Positions 41,591-52,413 of a stretch of DNA of 64,000 nucleotides are shown here, piece by piece. Positions within the stretch are counted from its first letter, which is position 1; each line of letters begins with the position of its first letter. Both the position numbers and the translations under genes were made by a program. The notes below the pieces were generated by a model. That model did no database searches, was not told the DNA's origin, and saw only the letters and a program-made list of their open reading frames with translations. The stretch comes from Bacillota bacterium (lineage in GTDB: Bacteria > Bacillota > Sulfobacillia > Fermentithermobacillales > Fermentithermobacillaceae): contig JAXGOJ010000001.1 of assembly GCA_040767525.1 (NCBI GenBank), positions 20,317-84,316 of the forward strand. Reading direction: 5' to 3'.

Positions 41591-43667
41591 AGAAGCAGAC
41601 CAAACGCCCGTTAATCATTGTTGAGTCCCCAACAAAGGCAAAGACTATTTCAAGATTTATGAAGTCAAAGTACGATGTAAAAGCATCTTTGGGACACATT
41701 AGAGATTTACCGAAAAGCAAGCTCGGTATTGATATAGATAACGGATTTGAGCCCAGGTATATAACTATCAGAGGTAAAGGCAACGTGATAAAACAGTTAA
41801 AAGATGCAGCGAAAAAGGCATCCGCTGTCTATCTGGCTACTGACCCGGATCGGGAAGGAGAGGCGATATCCTGGCACCTGTGCGAAATCTTCGGTATTGA
41901 GCCAGGGGAAGCCAACAGGGTTACATTTCACGAGATCACCGAAAAGACGGTAAAAGACGCTTTTTCAAATCCAGTGCCGCTAAATCAAAATCTGGTTATG
42001 GCGCAACAAGCCAGACGAGTTTTGGACCGGCTGGTTGGCTACACACTTAGCCCTTTATTGTGGCACAAGATAAGGCCTGGATTGTCCGCGGGCAGAGTCC
42101 AATCGGCTGCGCTCAAAATAATAGTAGACCGTGAGCTGGAAATTGAGGCTTTCAAGCCGAAAGAATACTGGACCTTGGAAGCTTTACTCAAAGGTGAAAA
42201 GGGTACGGTTAAGGCCAAGTATTTCGGATTGGAAGGAAAAAAGAAGGAGCTAAGAAACCGTTCTGACGTAGATGCAGTTCTGAAAGATATTCAAGGTGCC
42301 GAATTCCTGGTAGTTTCGGTGATACCCAAAGAAAGACGTAAAAATCCGCCGTTTCCGTTTACAACATCAACCTTACAGCAGGAAGCATCCAGAAAATTGG
42401 GTTTTCCCGTGCGGAAGACAATGATGGTTGCACAGACTTTGTATGAAGGGGTTGAACTGGGGAAGGCAGGTTACACAGGCCTAATTACCTATATGAGAAC
42501 TGATTCAACCCGGATATCACCTGCGGCCCGGGAAGAAACCCAAAGATACATTGGGTCGACCTACGGAAAAGAATATATCGGGAGAAGAAGCAGAAAAGCA
42601 AAGGCCAGGCCCGGTGCCCAGGAGGCCCATGAAGCCATCAGGCCCGCCAGCGTTTCTCGACTCCCGTCAGATGTAAAGCCTTTTCTGAAACCGATCAACA
42701 TAGCTTCATACACACTAATATGGGAAAGATTTGTTTCCAGTCAAATGTCCCCTGCTGTTTATGACACGGTCACATGTAACATTGAAGCCAACAAGCAGAC
42801 TTTCAGGAATTTCGGGCTCAAGAATCAAGTTTCCCGGGTTTACCATAGTCTATGAAGAAGGGCAAGATACCCTGCAGGTGAGGAAAGAGAAATTATCCCT
42901 CTTTCCGATAATGAGAAGTTATTGCTTGAAAAGATTGAACTCTTCTCAGCATTTTACCGAACCTCCTTTTAAGATATACAGAAGCCAGCCTGTCAAAGCC
43001 CTCCTGAGGAAAAACGGAATTGCGGTATACTTTCGACATACGTTTATAATCGCGGTACTATAATCGAAAGGGAATATGTAAACAGGGGAAAAGAGGCGTC
43101 TGCTCCTGACCGAATCACTTTCGCCTGATGACATGATCTTACGAGAGAACTTTCCTACAATTGTAGACACCGGTTTTACAAGGTTGAAATGGAAAAGAAA
43201 CTTGATGAAGTTGAAGAAGCGTCTTCTAAGTGGAATGAGATCATAGAGGATTTTTGTACTACTTAAAGAGCAGATAGAAAGCACGAAACAGAGGTAGAGC
43301 GTTGAGATAAAGGATGAACCTGCAGGGGTAGATTGTGACAAGTGTGACTACTAATGGTTGTAAAGCGAAGCAGGTATGGAAAGTTTATTGCATGCTCAGG
43401 ATACCTTGAATGCAAGAATACCAAACCATTCTTTAGAAAGAACTGGTGCATTATGCCCTGTGTGCAAAGGAGATATTGTAGTTCGAAGGTCCAGAAAGGA
43501 CGGGCTTTTGGCGTGGTGCAACACCTGAGTGTGACTTTGTGTCGTGGTACCGTCCGCAACAGGGTAAGACATGTCCCGAATGCGGGCCCTTTTTAATTGA
43601 GCCCAAAGGAAAGTCTAAAGGGTACCGGTGCGCAAATCCCAAATGCACCTATTGGCAGAAAAGCTAA
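41587..43667 (+). CDS. topA: DNA topoisomerase I; at least three frameshifts in the 3' half
   Basis: TOPRIM N-terminus (LIIVESPTKAKTI), active-site region and the C-terminal zinc ribbons (...CPVCKGDIVVRRSRK..., ...CPECGPFLIEPKGKSKGYRCANPKCTYWQKS*) are recovered from different frames. Confidence 0.85.
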
Positions 43668-43772
43668 GAATATTGAGAAAACTAGTTGATACCTGTGAAA
43701 GCTAGTGATAACATAGATCTATCTAGGGTTTAACTATAAACAGCATTCTTTTTCCTATAGGAAGGCGATTCA

Positions 43773-44760
43773 ATGGGACACTCTCTCTTAGAGTGGAAAG
43801 AAGATTTTCTTGTGGAAGTGGGTGTTTCAAAGACTCAGAGTCCTAATACTGTTGAGGCTTATGCCAGGGATCTGAGCCAGTTCTTCGATTTTATTGCCCG
43901 GGAGACTGGCAGAGAAAGTACTTGAGTCACTTCTCCTTCAGACCCGAAGCCAGAGTACATCCACAAGCTTTTCTTTACCTTGGGCAAAGAATACAAGGGC
44001 TCATCTATTTCAAGGAAATCCTCATCAGTCAGAAGTTTTTGCCGCTTTTGCCCCGCAGGGCGCATTGCAGGTTAATCCCCTTCAGGCGTGTCCTCCAGAA
44101 AACCCATTCGTATTCGCCCAGAGTGCTTTCCTCGAAGAAGTCGAAAGCTTTCTTGAAGTCATTGATACCCGAACCTTTAGGGAAACGAGATAGTACCATG
44201 TTTGAACTGCTTTACGGCTGGATTACGTAAGCGAATTACCGGCTACTAACGTTGGCGATATAGATCATTCCCTGGGTTTGTGCAGGTAATGGGCAGCAAA
44301 GGGATAAGGATAGGTTTGTGCCTTTGGGGTCCACTAGAATCTCTTGACTACTCTCGAAGCCGGGTTACCGCTTATGGAGAAAGGTCCATGCCGGGTAAGA
44401 GGCGAAACATCCTCGAGGTAGGCTCACTCCATGTTACAATGAAACCGCTATTTCTCAACAGGTGGGGAAACCGGTTGTCTGTAAGATCGGTGCGCAGAAT
44501 TCTGGACAAGTATATGTCTCTTGCAGGATTGGATCTTACCAAATGCTCTCCCCATACGTTGAGGCATTCATTTGCAACTCACCTGCTTTCCGGCAGGTGC
44601 TGATCTTCGCTCGGTACAGGATATGTTAAAGCGCAAGCATTAAGACTACCCAGATATATACCCATGTATTGCCTGAGCACTTGAAGCAAGTGTATAAAAA
44701 AGCTCATCCCAGGGCAAGTGTTCAGCCTGAAAGTCAAAAACAACCGGGTATTACCCGGGA
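43773..44760 (+). CDS. xerC: XerC/CodV-type tyrosine recombinase; frameshifted
   Basis: N-terminal SAM-like domain (...NTVEAYARDLSQFFDF...). The catalytic region ...HTLRHSFATHLL... and the Tyr region are spread over three frames. Lies in the conserved topA-codV-hslVU-codY context. Confidence 0.65.
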
Positions 44761-44784
44761 AGACTCTGAAGGGGAGATAAAAAG

Positions 44785-45279
44785 ATGATCGACGGAAGGA
44801 CTTTCAAGCATAATAGGTACAACCGTCCCTTGGTGGTGAAGGCAAGGGGGAAAAGCGGCTATGGCAGGAGATGGGCAGGTTACCTTGGAAAGCACTCATA
44901 CTGTTCTGAAGGCAACTGTAAGAAAAGTCCGCAAGACATATAAAAGTTCGGTGATTGCGGGATTTGCAGCTCTGTAGGCGATGCCCTGATCAGTTTGACA
45001 GTTGAAGGATGTGGCCTTTGAGGAAATAAGAGGTGCGATTTGCTGAAATCAACTGTATCCCTTACCAAAGAGTGGTGACAGACAGAATCCTCAGGCAGCC
45101 CAGGCTATGCTACTTTGTATGACAAGGACCATCTGCTTGTGGTCAGGTACAGGGAGGTTATTGAACCTGATGAACTGCATACCATAGATCCGGGGGAGCC
45201 TATGCTACAGCCGCAGCAAGAGCCCCTGATTAGATTCACAGACATGATGCATCCATTGCCAGGAATCTTTGAAAAATAA
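44785..45279 (+). CDS. hslV: ATP-dependent protease subunit HslV (CodW); frameshifted
   Basis: Fragments ...KARGKSGYG..., ...[17 protein letters not shown]... and ...DKDHLLVV...EVIEPDEL...IDPGEP... match HslV across three frames. Confidence 0.7.
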
Positions 45280-45324
45280 GCTGGTGCTCCAAGGTGTATA
45301 AGTACCACAATGAAACATTGTTAT

Positions 45325-46816
45325 TGAGGAACTGGATAATACCCACGATTACCTCTCCCCGGCAAGTGCTAGATGGGTGCGGCCATGGAGGATCTGACCC
45401 CCCCCTCGTCAAATCTCAATAATAAGGGTAGAAGAGCTTTGATGGCTGTTGGCGGTCATCGTCGGGAAAGGCGCGGGGGGTTGCCACAACGTGAGCTACT
45501 GGTGCAATTTCCTCCGAAACAGGCTGTCAGATGCGTGCAATCATGACTTTCAGAAGATATTGTTCCTAAGAACATTCTGATGATATACTTACAGGTGTAG
45601 GCAACCGAGGATTTGCAGGCGCCTTGGCAAAAACTCGTAAATGCCCCTTTGTGAAAGAGCCGAAATTCATGGCAGTCGGATACGTATACCGGGATGTGGA
45701 TTCAATCGTATGAGATCTGTTGAGAGCGCCGCCGCAAGCAGGCCGCAGAAAAGAAAGTTCTCGAAAGAAAAGGAGAAAAGTACGCCATCCAGGCTGAAGA
45801 ACGGCTTGTTGACATTTTGTGCCCAATGCCCAAAAAGGCAAAAGTTGCCCGTAATCCAATTTTGAGATGCTTTTCAACTTTACCATCAGGAAGACGACGA
45901 TAACAGTGGAGGATTTTGGTTGAAAAGCCTGGCAGGCCTAGAGCGGCAGCAGGTGATCCGTCATAGTTTTTAGTGAAACGGTGTTTGAAGATGCAAGCGA
46001 AGCAGGATTGAAGCAGAAGATACGTCTACCTTAAGGGTTGAGTTTTTTGACGTACCGGCATGCAGGAAATGAGCTGAACATGCAAGAACTCTTTGGCGGT
46101 TTGCTGCCAAAAACGACCAGGATAAAGAGAGTGCTCGTCAAAGAAGCCGTAAGATCCTGGCCCAGGAAGAGGCAGGCAAACTTGTGGACCAGGACACAAT
46201 AGTCTCAGAAGCTGCAAGAAGGTGTGAAAAACTCGGGATAGTGTTCTTGGACGAACTGGACAAAATCGCCGGGAGGGAAAAGGGCGTAGGGCCTGACATC
46301 TCCCGTGAAGGGGTTCAGAGGGATCTTCTTCCCATAGTTGAAGGCACTACAGTGGTAACCAAATATGGCCCGGTGAAAACTGACCATATCTTGTTTATAG
46401 GAGCAGGAGCTTTTCATGTAAGCAAGCCTTCGGACCTGATCCCCGAATTACAAGGCCGTTTTCCGATAAGGGTTGAGCTGGATCCCCTGGAAGAAGGTGA
46501 TTTTGTCAGAATCTTAACAGAACCGGCTAATTCCCTCACCCGGCAGTATAAGGAACTCCTCAAGACTGATGGAGTCGAACTTGAATATACCCCCGAAGGA
46601 ATAGCAGAAATTGCAGGAATGGCTTTTGCCGTAAACCAGGAAGCTGAGAATATCGGCGCCAGAAGGCTTCATACGGTTATGGAAAAATTGCTTGAAGATG
46701 TACTGTTTGAAGCCCCAGACACCATTGAGGGCAAGGTAGTAATCGACAAAGATTACGTGGTGGACAGACTAAAGGGCCTGGTTACAGACAAAGACTTGAC
46801 CAGGTATATTTTGTAG
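45325..46816 (+). CDS. hslU: ATP-dependent protease ATPase subunit HslU (CodX); heavily frameshifted in the 5' two-thirds
   Basis: The C-terminal 210 aa are intact (...[11 protein letters not shown]...[50 protein letters not shown]...). N-terminal fragments (...PKNILMI..., ...[11 protein letters not shown]...) lie in other frames. Confidence 0.8.
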
Positions 46817-46844
46817 GGCCAGTGACATGAAAGGGAGAGTAGTA

Positions 46845-47621
46845 ATGCAGACATTGCTTGAGAAAACAAGAAAGATGAACCAACTATTACGGATCGCAGC
46901 AACAGAAGTTGATTTTCAGGCAAGCGCAAGAGTGGTGAGGGATTCACTAGAGTGCAACGTTTATATTCTGGACAAGTTTGGATACGTTCTTGGTTACTCG
47001 CTCGTAGACGATTTTGATTGCCAGGTTATGAAAAACGAAGTTTTGAGTGAAAGCGAATTCCCGGCCTCGTACAACGAAAGGCTTTATATGTACAGGGACA
47101 CGGCGCCGAATCTGCAGCCTGAAAAAGGCAAGTGTGTATTCAAAGAAGGACACCCATGCCCTTATAAGGATAAGGTTACCACAGTAGTACCTGTAGTAGG
47201 CGGCGGCGACAGACTCGGAACTCTTGTGCTGGCAAGAACAACAGGAGACTTGCAGACATCAGATTTGATTCTTGCAGAGCATGCAGCTACGGTAACGGCA
47301 ATGGAGATGATACGGTATAACCAAGAGACCGTTGAAGAAGAAAGCAGGCAGCGTGCTGCAGTTCAGGTAGCTTTGGGAACTTTGTCTTTTTCCGAGTTGA
47401 ACGCAATGAAACATATTTTTGATGAGCTTGGCGGCAATGAAGGGTTTCTTGTAGCCTCAAGGGTAGCCGATCGGGTCGGTATAACCCGTTCTGTGATAGT
47501 CAACGCGCTACGTAAATTTGAATCCGCGGGGGTTATTGAATCCCGTTCCCTGGGTATGAAAGGAACGTATATTAAGGTTCTGAATGATAAACTCCTTGAA
47601 GAACTAGGTAAATTAAGATAA
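46845..47621 (+). CDS. codY: GTP-sensing pleiotropic transcriptional repressor CodY
   Basis: Near-collinear with B. subtilis CodY, including the HTH ASRVADRVGITRSVIVNALRKFESAGVIESRSLGMKGTYIKVLN. Confidence 0.9.
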   Translation: MQTLLEKTRKMNQLLRIAATEVDFQASARVVRDSLECNVYILDKFGYVLGYSLVDDFDCQVMKNEVLSESEFPASYNERLYMYRDTAPNLQPEKGKCVFKEGHPCPYKDKVTTVVPVVGGGDRLGTLVLARTTGDLQTSDLILAEHAATVTAMEMIRYNQETVEEESRQRAAVQVALGTLSFSELNAMKHIFDELGGNEGFLVASRVADRVGITRSVIVNALRKFESAGVIESRSLGMKGTYIKVLNDKLLEELGKLR

Positions 47622-47711
47622 AAACTGACGGAAATTCACATTTTGTCGATAATACAAGAAGAAATTCTTGGTTTTCCGTCGAATGAAAAGTGTGACAATC
47701 AAATAGGAAAT

Positions 47712-47825
47712 TGTTGCCGCAAGCGACAAAGGCAAATCTACCGAAGGTAGGGACGCAAAGCCACGGGTCTAAGGTGACCGGTTAGGACGGTCACTATGGT
47801 AGCCGGGTTGCCGAAAGGCGGTTTT
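47712..47825 (+). promoter_or_regulatory. cyclic-di-GMP-I (GEMM) riboswitch aptamer
   Basis: GGCAAAUCUACCGAAGGUAGGGACGCAAAGCCACGGGUCUAAGGUGACCGGUUAGGACGGUCACUAUGGUAGCCGGGUUGCCGAAAGG matches the GEMM consensus (GGCAAACC...GAAA...GGGACGCAAAGCCnCGGGnC ... ACGGnAGCCGGGUUACCGA). Confidence 0.75.
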
Positions 47826-47848
47826 TGCTACTCAATCTGTATCTATAA

Positions 47849-47880
47849 CCTTCCGGCGTTTGCGGAAGGTTTCGTTTTTT
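47849..47880 (+). terminator. intrinsic terminator forming the expression platform of the c-di-GMP riboswitch, about 15 nt upstream of flgB
   Basis: CCTTCCGgcgtttgCGGAAGGtttcgtttttt. Confidence 0.65.
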
Positions 47881-47894
47881 AAGGAGTGGTGTGA

Positions 47895-48273
47895 TGGCAG
47901 GTATAACAAATTTGATGCAACGATACTGGATGGTTTATGGCTCCGGCATGAAGTTCTGGCCAATAATGTTGCCAATAGCGAGACACCTGGTTACAAGAAG
48001 AAGGATTTGAGTTTCAGCTCATATTTGCAAAAACGCCATGGATTCCTTGTTCCTCATTGACAACAACTAATCATTTACATATCCAAAGGCCAAATATCGA
48101 GACTGTCCAGGTAAATCAAGATACGTCCAGCGTTACTCCTGACGGTAACAGTGTGGACATTGACAAAAATGGCAGAAGTCTCTGCAAATGCCTTCCACTA
48201 TATATCAATTTCACGACAGTTAGCGGCACATTTCTCGCTTCTGAGAAAGGCGATTTCAGAAGGGAGGAGGTAA
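47895..48273 (+). CDS. flgB: flagellar basal-body rod protein FlgB; frameshifted
   Basis: ...LWLRHEVLANNVANSETPGYKKKD... and the C-terminal ...DGNSVDIDKEM...YISISRQL... lie in two frames. Confidence 0.7.
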
Positions 48274-48276
48274 TCA

Positions 48277-48683
48277 GTGAAACTTTTCTCGGCTATAGAA
48301 AAAAGTGCTTCAGGGCTTACAGCCCAAAGGTTCCGGTTGGATCTTATTGCTTCCAATCTTGCTAATTCGGAGAGCACCCGAACAGAGGACGGAGGAGTAT
48401 ATCGCCGGAAAGTAGCGGTTTTTGCCTCAAGGGTGAGCGTCCTTCTTTCAGAAATGTTCTGTCTTCCAAGGTTTCAGCCACTTCTTCAGGGGTAAAAGTA
48501 ACAGGGGTGATTGAAGATACCTCTCCTCTCAAGCACATCTACATACCTGGACACCCTGATGCAAACCAAGACGGCTATGTAGCCTATCCAAATGTGGATG
48601 TTGTAACTGAAATGGTGGACATGATGGCGGCCTCCAGGGCGTATGAGGCAAATGTCACCGCCATTGAAGCAGCTAAACCATGA
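48277..48683 (+). CDS. flgC: flagellar basal-body rod protein FlgC; frameshifted near 48430-48495
   Basis: ...SASGLTAQRFRLDLIASNLANSESTRTEDGGVYRRK... and C-terminal ...GHPDANQDGYVAYPNVDVVTEMVDMMAASRAYEANVTAIEAAKP. Confidence 0.75.
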
Positions 48684-48817
48684 TGCAAAAAGCCTTGGAC
48701 ATTCTCAGAACCTGAGTTGTCATTTAGGGTACCCGCATTAAAATTGGGTCAAACAAAGAAAAGAAGCGAAAACATATTAGACAAAAACAGGTTATCGCTT
48801 TTCGGGGGGAAATACAC

Positions 48818-49120
48818 ATGTCAATTAGATCCGTTTCTTCGCCTGTGCCGGGACCGGCAAAACACAATGTGGTCAGAAACCATATTGCTTCGGATAACAC
48901 AAATGTTTCTTTTAATCACTTATTCCGGCAAGTCTCCAGTGCCGTGGAAAGCCTTGACCAAGAACTTCTGGCATCTCAAATTGACCTGGTGATGGAAACG
49001 CGCGACATGCATTCAGCTGTCCTCGCGGCAGAAGAAGCCCAGCCTTGCCCTGGATCTTGTTATTGCTGTAAGAAACAAGGCATTGAGGCATACCAGGAGA
49101 TCATGAGAATGCCTTTGTAG
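48818..49120 (+). CDS. fliE: flagellar hook-basal body protein FliE, containing a compensated double indel
   Basis: The C-terminus ...IEAYQEIMRMPL is FliE-like. Residues PCPGSCYCCKKQG replace the expected ...SLALDLVIAVRNKAL..., which is encoded in the +1 frame across 49040-49085. Confidence 0.75.
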   Translation: MSIRSVSSPVPGPAKHNVVRNHIASDNTNVSFNHLFRQVSSAVESLDQELLASQIDLVMETRDMHSAVLAAEEAQPCPGSCYCCKKQGIEAYQEIMRMPL

Positions 49121-49151
49121 GGGCAAAGTTCCTGAAAGCAGGTGGTAAGAC

Positions 49152-50679
49152 ATGCCGGAAACTGTTTTGTCGCTCAGCAAAGGTATTAAGGATGCCTGGG
49201 CTAATCTTTCAAAGTCTCAAAGGATGGTGGTCCTCTCAGGAGGAGTGCTTGCTCTTACCCTGTTACTTTTGCTGGTGTTTTTCTCGGCCAGGGGCCCTTC
49301 CTATGAGACCCTCTGGTCAAACTTGGACTCGCTTGACGCAGGTGCCATTGTAAGTGAACTTGAGAAGCAGGGCATACCCTATAAGTTTAACCGATGGAGG
49401 CCGCACAATAAAGGTACCTCAGGACCAGGTGCACAGAACCAGGCTATCCCTTGCAACCATGGGGCTTCCTTCGTCTGGGATCGTAGGGTTTGAGAGCATG
49501 GGTTCAAGCGGTATTTGGTCCACTGACTTTGAAAGAAAAGTTCAGTACGTAAGAGCCCTTTCAGGAGAACTTACAAGAACAATACAAGCAGTCTCAGGGT
49601 TGAAAGAGCCCGGGTGCACATAGTATTGCCTGAACCTTCGGTATTTGTATCACAAAGCAAGCCCGCAACTGCGGCTGTGTTAGTTAAAGACCGGGGCCAG
49701 GATCTTACCCTGCCTCTGTTCGGGGAATTGTCAATTTGGTATCCAGATCTGTAGAAGGACTGACTCCTGACAACGTTACGAGTTGTAGATGCATTTGAAA
49801 CTTCTTTCCCAGGACCATTCTCATTTCCAGGAAAGCCAGGATGACTTGCCGCAAACTCTATATTGGAGTTGACCCCAATACCGAAAGGAACTTGAAAGAC
49901 GGTTGCTGGCTTTGCTCTCGCCTGTCCTGGGGCCGGCAATGTGGTGTGCCAGGTGCGAACTGAAGCTAACATGGACAAAGTCCAAATAACTGATACCCAA
50001 TATGAATCTGAGCCCCGGGAATCCTCAGAAGCACTCAAGAAGCCAGTGAGACTTTTCAGGGTACAGGGGCTATGCCCGAGGGCTCAGGCAGGAGGTGCTT
50101 GATATCCCTTCTTACGCTACCCCGGGTCAGGGAGAATCCCAATACCAGCGTACTGACATAATCAGGAATTACGAAGTGAACCAGAAAATCACACAGACCA
50201 TGATAACCCCAGGCTCGGTTAATAGGCTGTCAGTGGCAGTAGTGGTAAACAAGGAACTGGATGAAGCTGAAAAAGATGCCATTACTGAGACTGTTTCTGC
50301 TGCCCTGGGCCTGGACCCTGCAAGGCAAGATCAGATATCGGTCACCGGAGTTTTCTTTGACACCAGTCTGGCCCGGAAACTGGACGAGTCCCTGACCGGT
50401 GTGCCGGAAAAACTTCCGAAACTTTACATATATGCAATAGCCGTTGGAGCGGCTTTGGTTACAGGAACGGTAATTTTGTTTGTAGCAAGGCGAAGGCGTC
50501 GAGAACGTGAAGAAGTCCACGTGCCTTTACCAGAGGCGATTCTTGAAACTGCTCCCACCATTTCACCGGAACTCATGGCAAGGCAGAAAAGCCGTGAAAA
50601 CGTGGAAAGGATTGCCAGAACAGATCCCAAGATTGTTGCTACCCTTGTCAAATCATGGTTGCTGGAGGATGAGCGATGA
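49152..50679 (+). CDS. fliF: flagellar M-ring protein FliF; multiple frameshifts in the middle
   Basis: N-terminal transmembrane segment, central ...LATMGLPSSGIVGFE...YVRALSGELTRTIQ..., and an intact C-terminal 194 aa with the second transmembrane segment and FliG-binding tail. Confidence 0.8.
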
Positions 50680-51695
50680 TGAACGGATATAAATCTGGCC
50701 TATCTGGCAGGGAAAAGGCGGCAATACTCTTAATCACTCTTGGGCCGGATCTGTCTTCCCAGGTAATGAAACACTTAAGAGACGAAGACATCGATGTTCT
50801 GACCCTGGAAATTGCTTCAACCCGTAAAGTAGAGCAAGATGTCAAGGACCAGGTGATCGAAGAGTTCAATGAAATGTGTCTTGCCCAGGAGTATCTGGAA
50901 GAAGGCGGAATCGAATATGCAAAGAAGCTGCTGGAAAAGGCTCTAGGCAGGGATCAAGCACAGAATGTATTAGCACGCCTGACTTCCTCTTTACAGGTTA
51001 GGCCTTTTGACACAGTCCGGAAGGCCGACGGATCCCAGATTCTAAATTTTCTCGAGAGGGAGTCTCCTCAAACAATAGCTCTGATTTTAAGTTACCTGTC
51101 ACCTTCGCAATCAGCAACAATCCTGGCCTCTTTGGAACCGGATCTGCAGGTTGAAGTCGCCCGCAGAATCTCTCTTATGGACAGAACAAGCCCTGATGTA
51201 GTCAAGGAAGTGGAACGCGTGCTTGAACGCAAGATTCTTTCAACAGTTGGCCATGACTACACCCAGGCCGGTGGCATCGGGTCCATAGTTGAAATTCTCA
51301 ATAATGTAGACAGGCAAACTGAAAAAACCATACTGAGTGCCCTGGATATGGAGTCTCCTGAACTTGCAGAAGAGATAAAACGCAGAATGTTCCTGTTTGA
51401 AGATATTATTTACCTTGACGATAGATCAGTTCAGCGTTTTTTGCGAGATGTGGACCTGTCCCGGGATCTGCCCCTTGCACTCAAAACTGCTTCAGACGAG
51501 GTCAAAAGCAAGTTTTACAGGAACCTGTCATCCCGGGCTGTGGAAAGCCTAAAGGAAAGTATAGATTATCTTGGCCCGGTTAGAATGCGTGACGTAGAAG
51601 AAGCCCAGCAGCGCATTGTCGGACTCATACGGCGTCTTGAAGACCAGGGCGAAATCATAATCGGGCGCGGAGTGGGGGATGAGATAGTTGTCTAG
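50676..51695 (+). CDS. fliG: flagellar motor switch protein FliG
   Basis: Intact 339 aa, collinear with FliG (N, middle and C domains). Confidence 0.9.
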   Translation: MMNGYKSGLSGREKAAILLITLGPDLSSQVMKHLRDEDIDVLTLEIASTRKVEQDVKDQVIEEFNEMCLAQEYLEEGGIEYAKKLLEKALGRDQAQNVLARLTSSLQVRPFDTVRKADGSQILNFLERESPQTIALILSYLSPSQSATILASLEPDLQVEVARRISLMDRTSPDVVKEVERVLERKILSTVGHDYTQAGGIGSIVEILNNVDRQTEKTILSALDMESPELAEEIKRRMFLFEDIIYLDDRSVQRFLRDVDLSRDLPLALKTASDEVKSKFYRNLSSRAVESLKESIDYLGPVRMRDVEEAQQRIVGLIRRLEDQGEIIIGRGVGDEIVV

Positions 51696-52413
51696 AGTAT
51701 TCAGATTAGAAGACAAAAATGTTCGCTCTGTATGGATTCCCCCTTTTGAAGTCTCGGAAGAGGTTTCTCTGGGAGCTGATCAGGTTGACCCAGAGGAAAG
51801 CCTCAGGCAAGCCAGGCACGAAGCAGAGCTCATAAAAGAACGTGCTGAAAAGGAGGCTGCCTCAATACTTCAAAATGCAGAGTCAAAGTATCTTGAATAC
51901 TGTGAACAAGCAAAACAGTCAGGTTTCAAGATAGGGTGCAAAGAAGGTTTTCATAAGGGGCTTCAGGAAACCAGAGCGATTGTCAATCAGGCTCAAGAAA
52001 CTCTTGAGTCTTCCAAAAAGGCTTTTGAAACGTATGTTAAAGAATCAGAGCCCAAACTGCTTGCGCTGGTGTTGGATATCGCCGAAAAAATTGTAGGCGA
52101 ATCCCTTTCCTATGATCCGGAACTGATTTTGCCCATGCTCCGCAACGGAATAGAGGTAATAGGAGATGAACGCCAGTTTTCCCTGCGAGTTAACCCTCAG
52201 CTGGTAGCTCTTCTTGAAGGTGGAAAGGACAAGTTGCAAGGCCAATACGGTAACCGGCCTATAGAAATAATTGGAGACCAATCGGTTTCGACGGGAGTAA
52301 TAGTTGAGACGCCTGCCGGACAGGTTGATGCAACTTTAGATGCACAAATAAAGAACATTGCAAGGGCTATAGGAGAAGCAAAAAACCGGTTGGGGGAGGG
52401 GAGGATTCTATGA
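51688..52413 (+). CDS. fliH: flagellar assembly protein FliH
   Basis: Position between fliG and fliI, coiled-coil N-terminus, FliH C-terminal domain. Confidence 0.75.
   Translation: MSRVFRLEDKNVRSVWIPPFEVSEEVSLGADQVDPEESLRQARHEAELIKERAEKEAASILQNAESKYLEYCEQAKQSGFKIGCKEGFHKGLQETRAIVNQAQETLESSKKAFETYVKESEPKLLALVLDIAEKIVGESLSYDPELILPMLRNGIEVIGDERQFSLRVNPQLVALLEGGKDKLQGQYGNRPIEIIGDQSVSTGVIVETPAGQVDATLDAQIKNIARAIGEAKNRLGEGRIL

Noticed and set aside
43773-44760. A tyrosine recombinase as the integrase of a mobile element or prophage
   Set aside because: It is embedded in the conserved topA-codV(xerC)-hslVU-codY chromosomal block. It has no flanking attachment-like repeats, phage genes or tRNA. It is interpreted as the housekeeping XerC/CodV.
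45566-45886. A 106-aa minus-strand ORF inside hslU
   Set aside because: It is antisense to a region where HslU peptides (...[11 protein letters not shown]..., ...[11 protein letters not shown]...) are clearly encoded on the plus strand.
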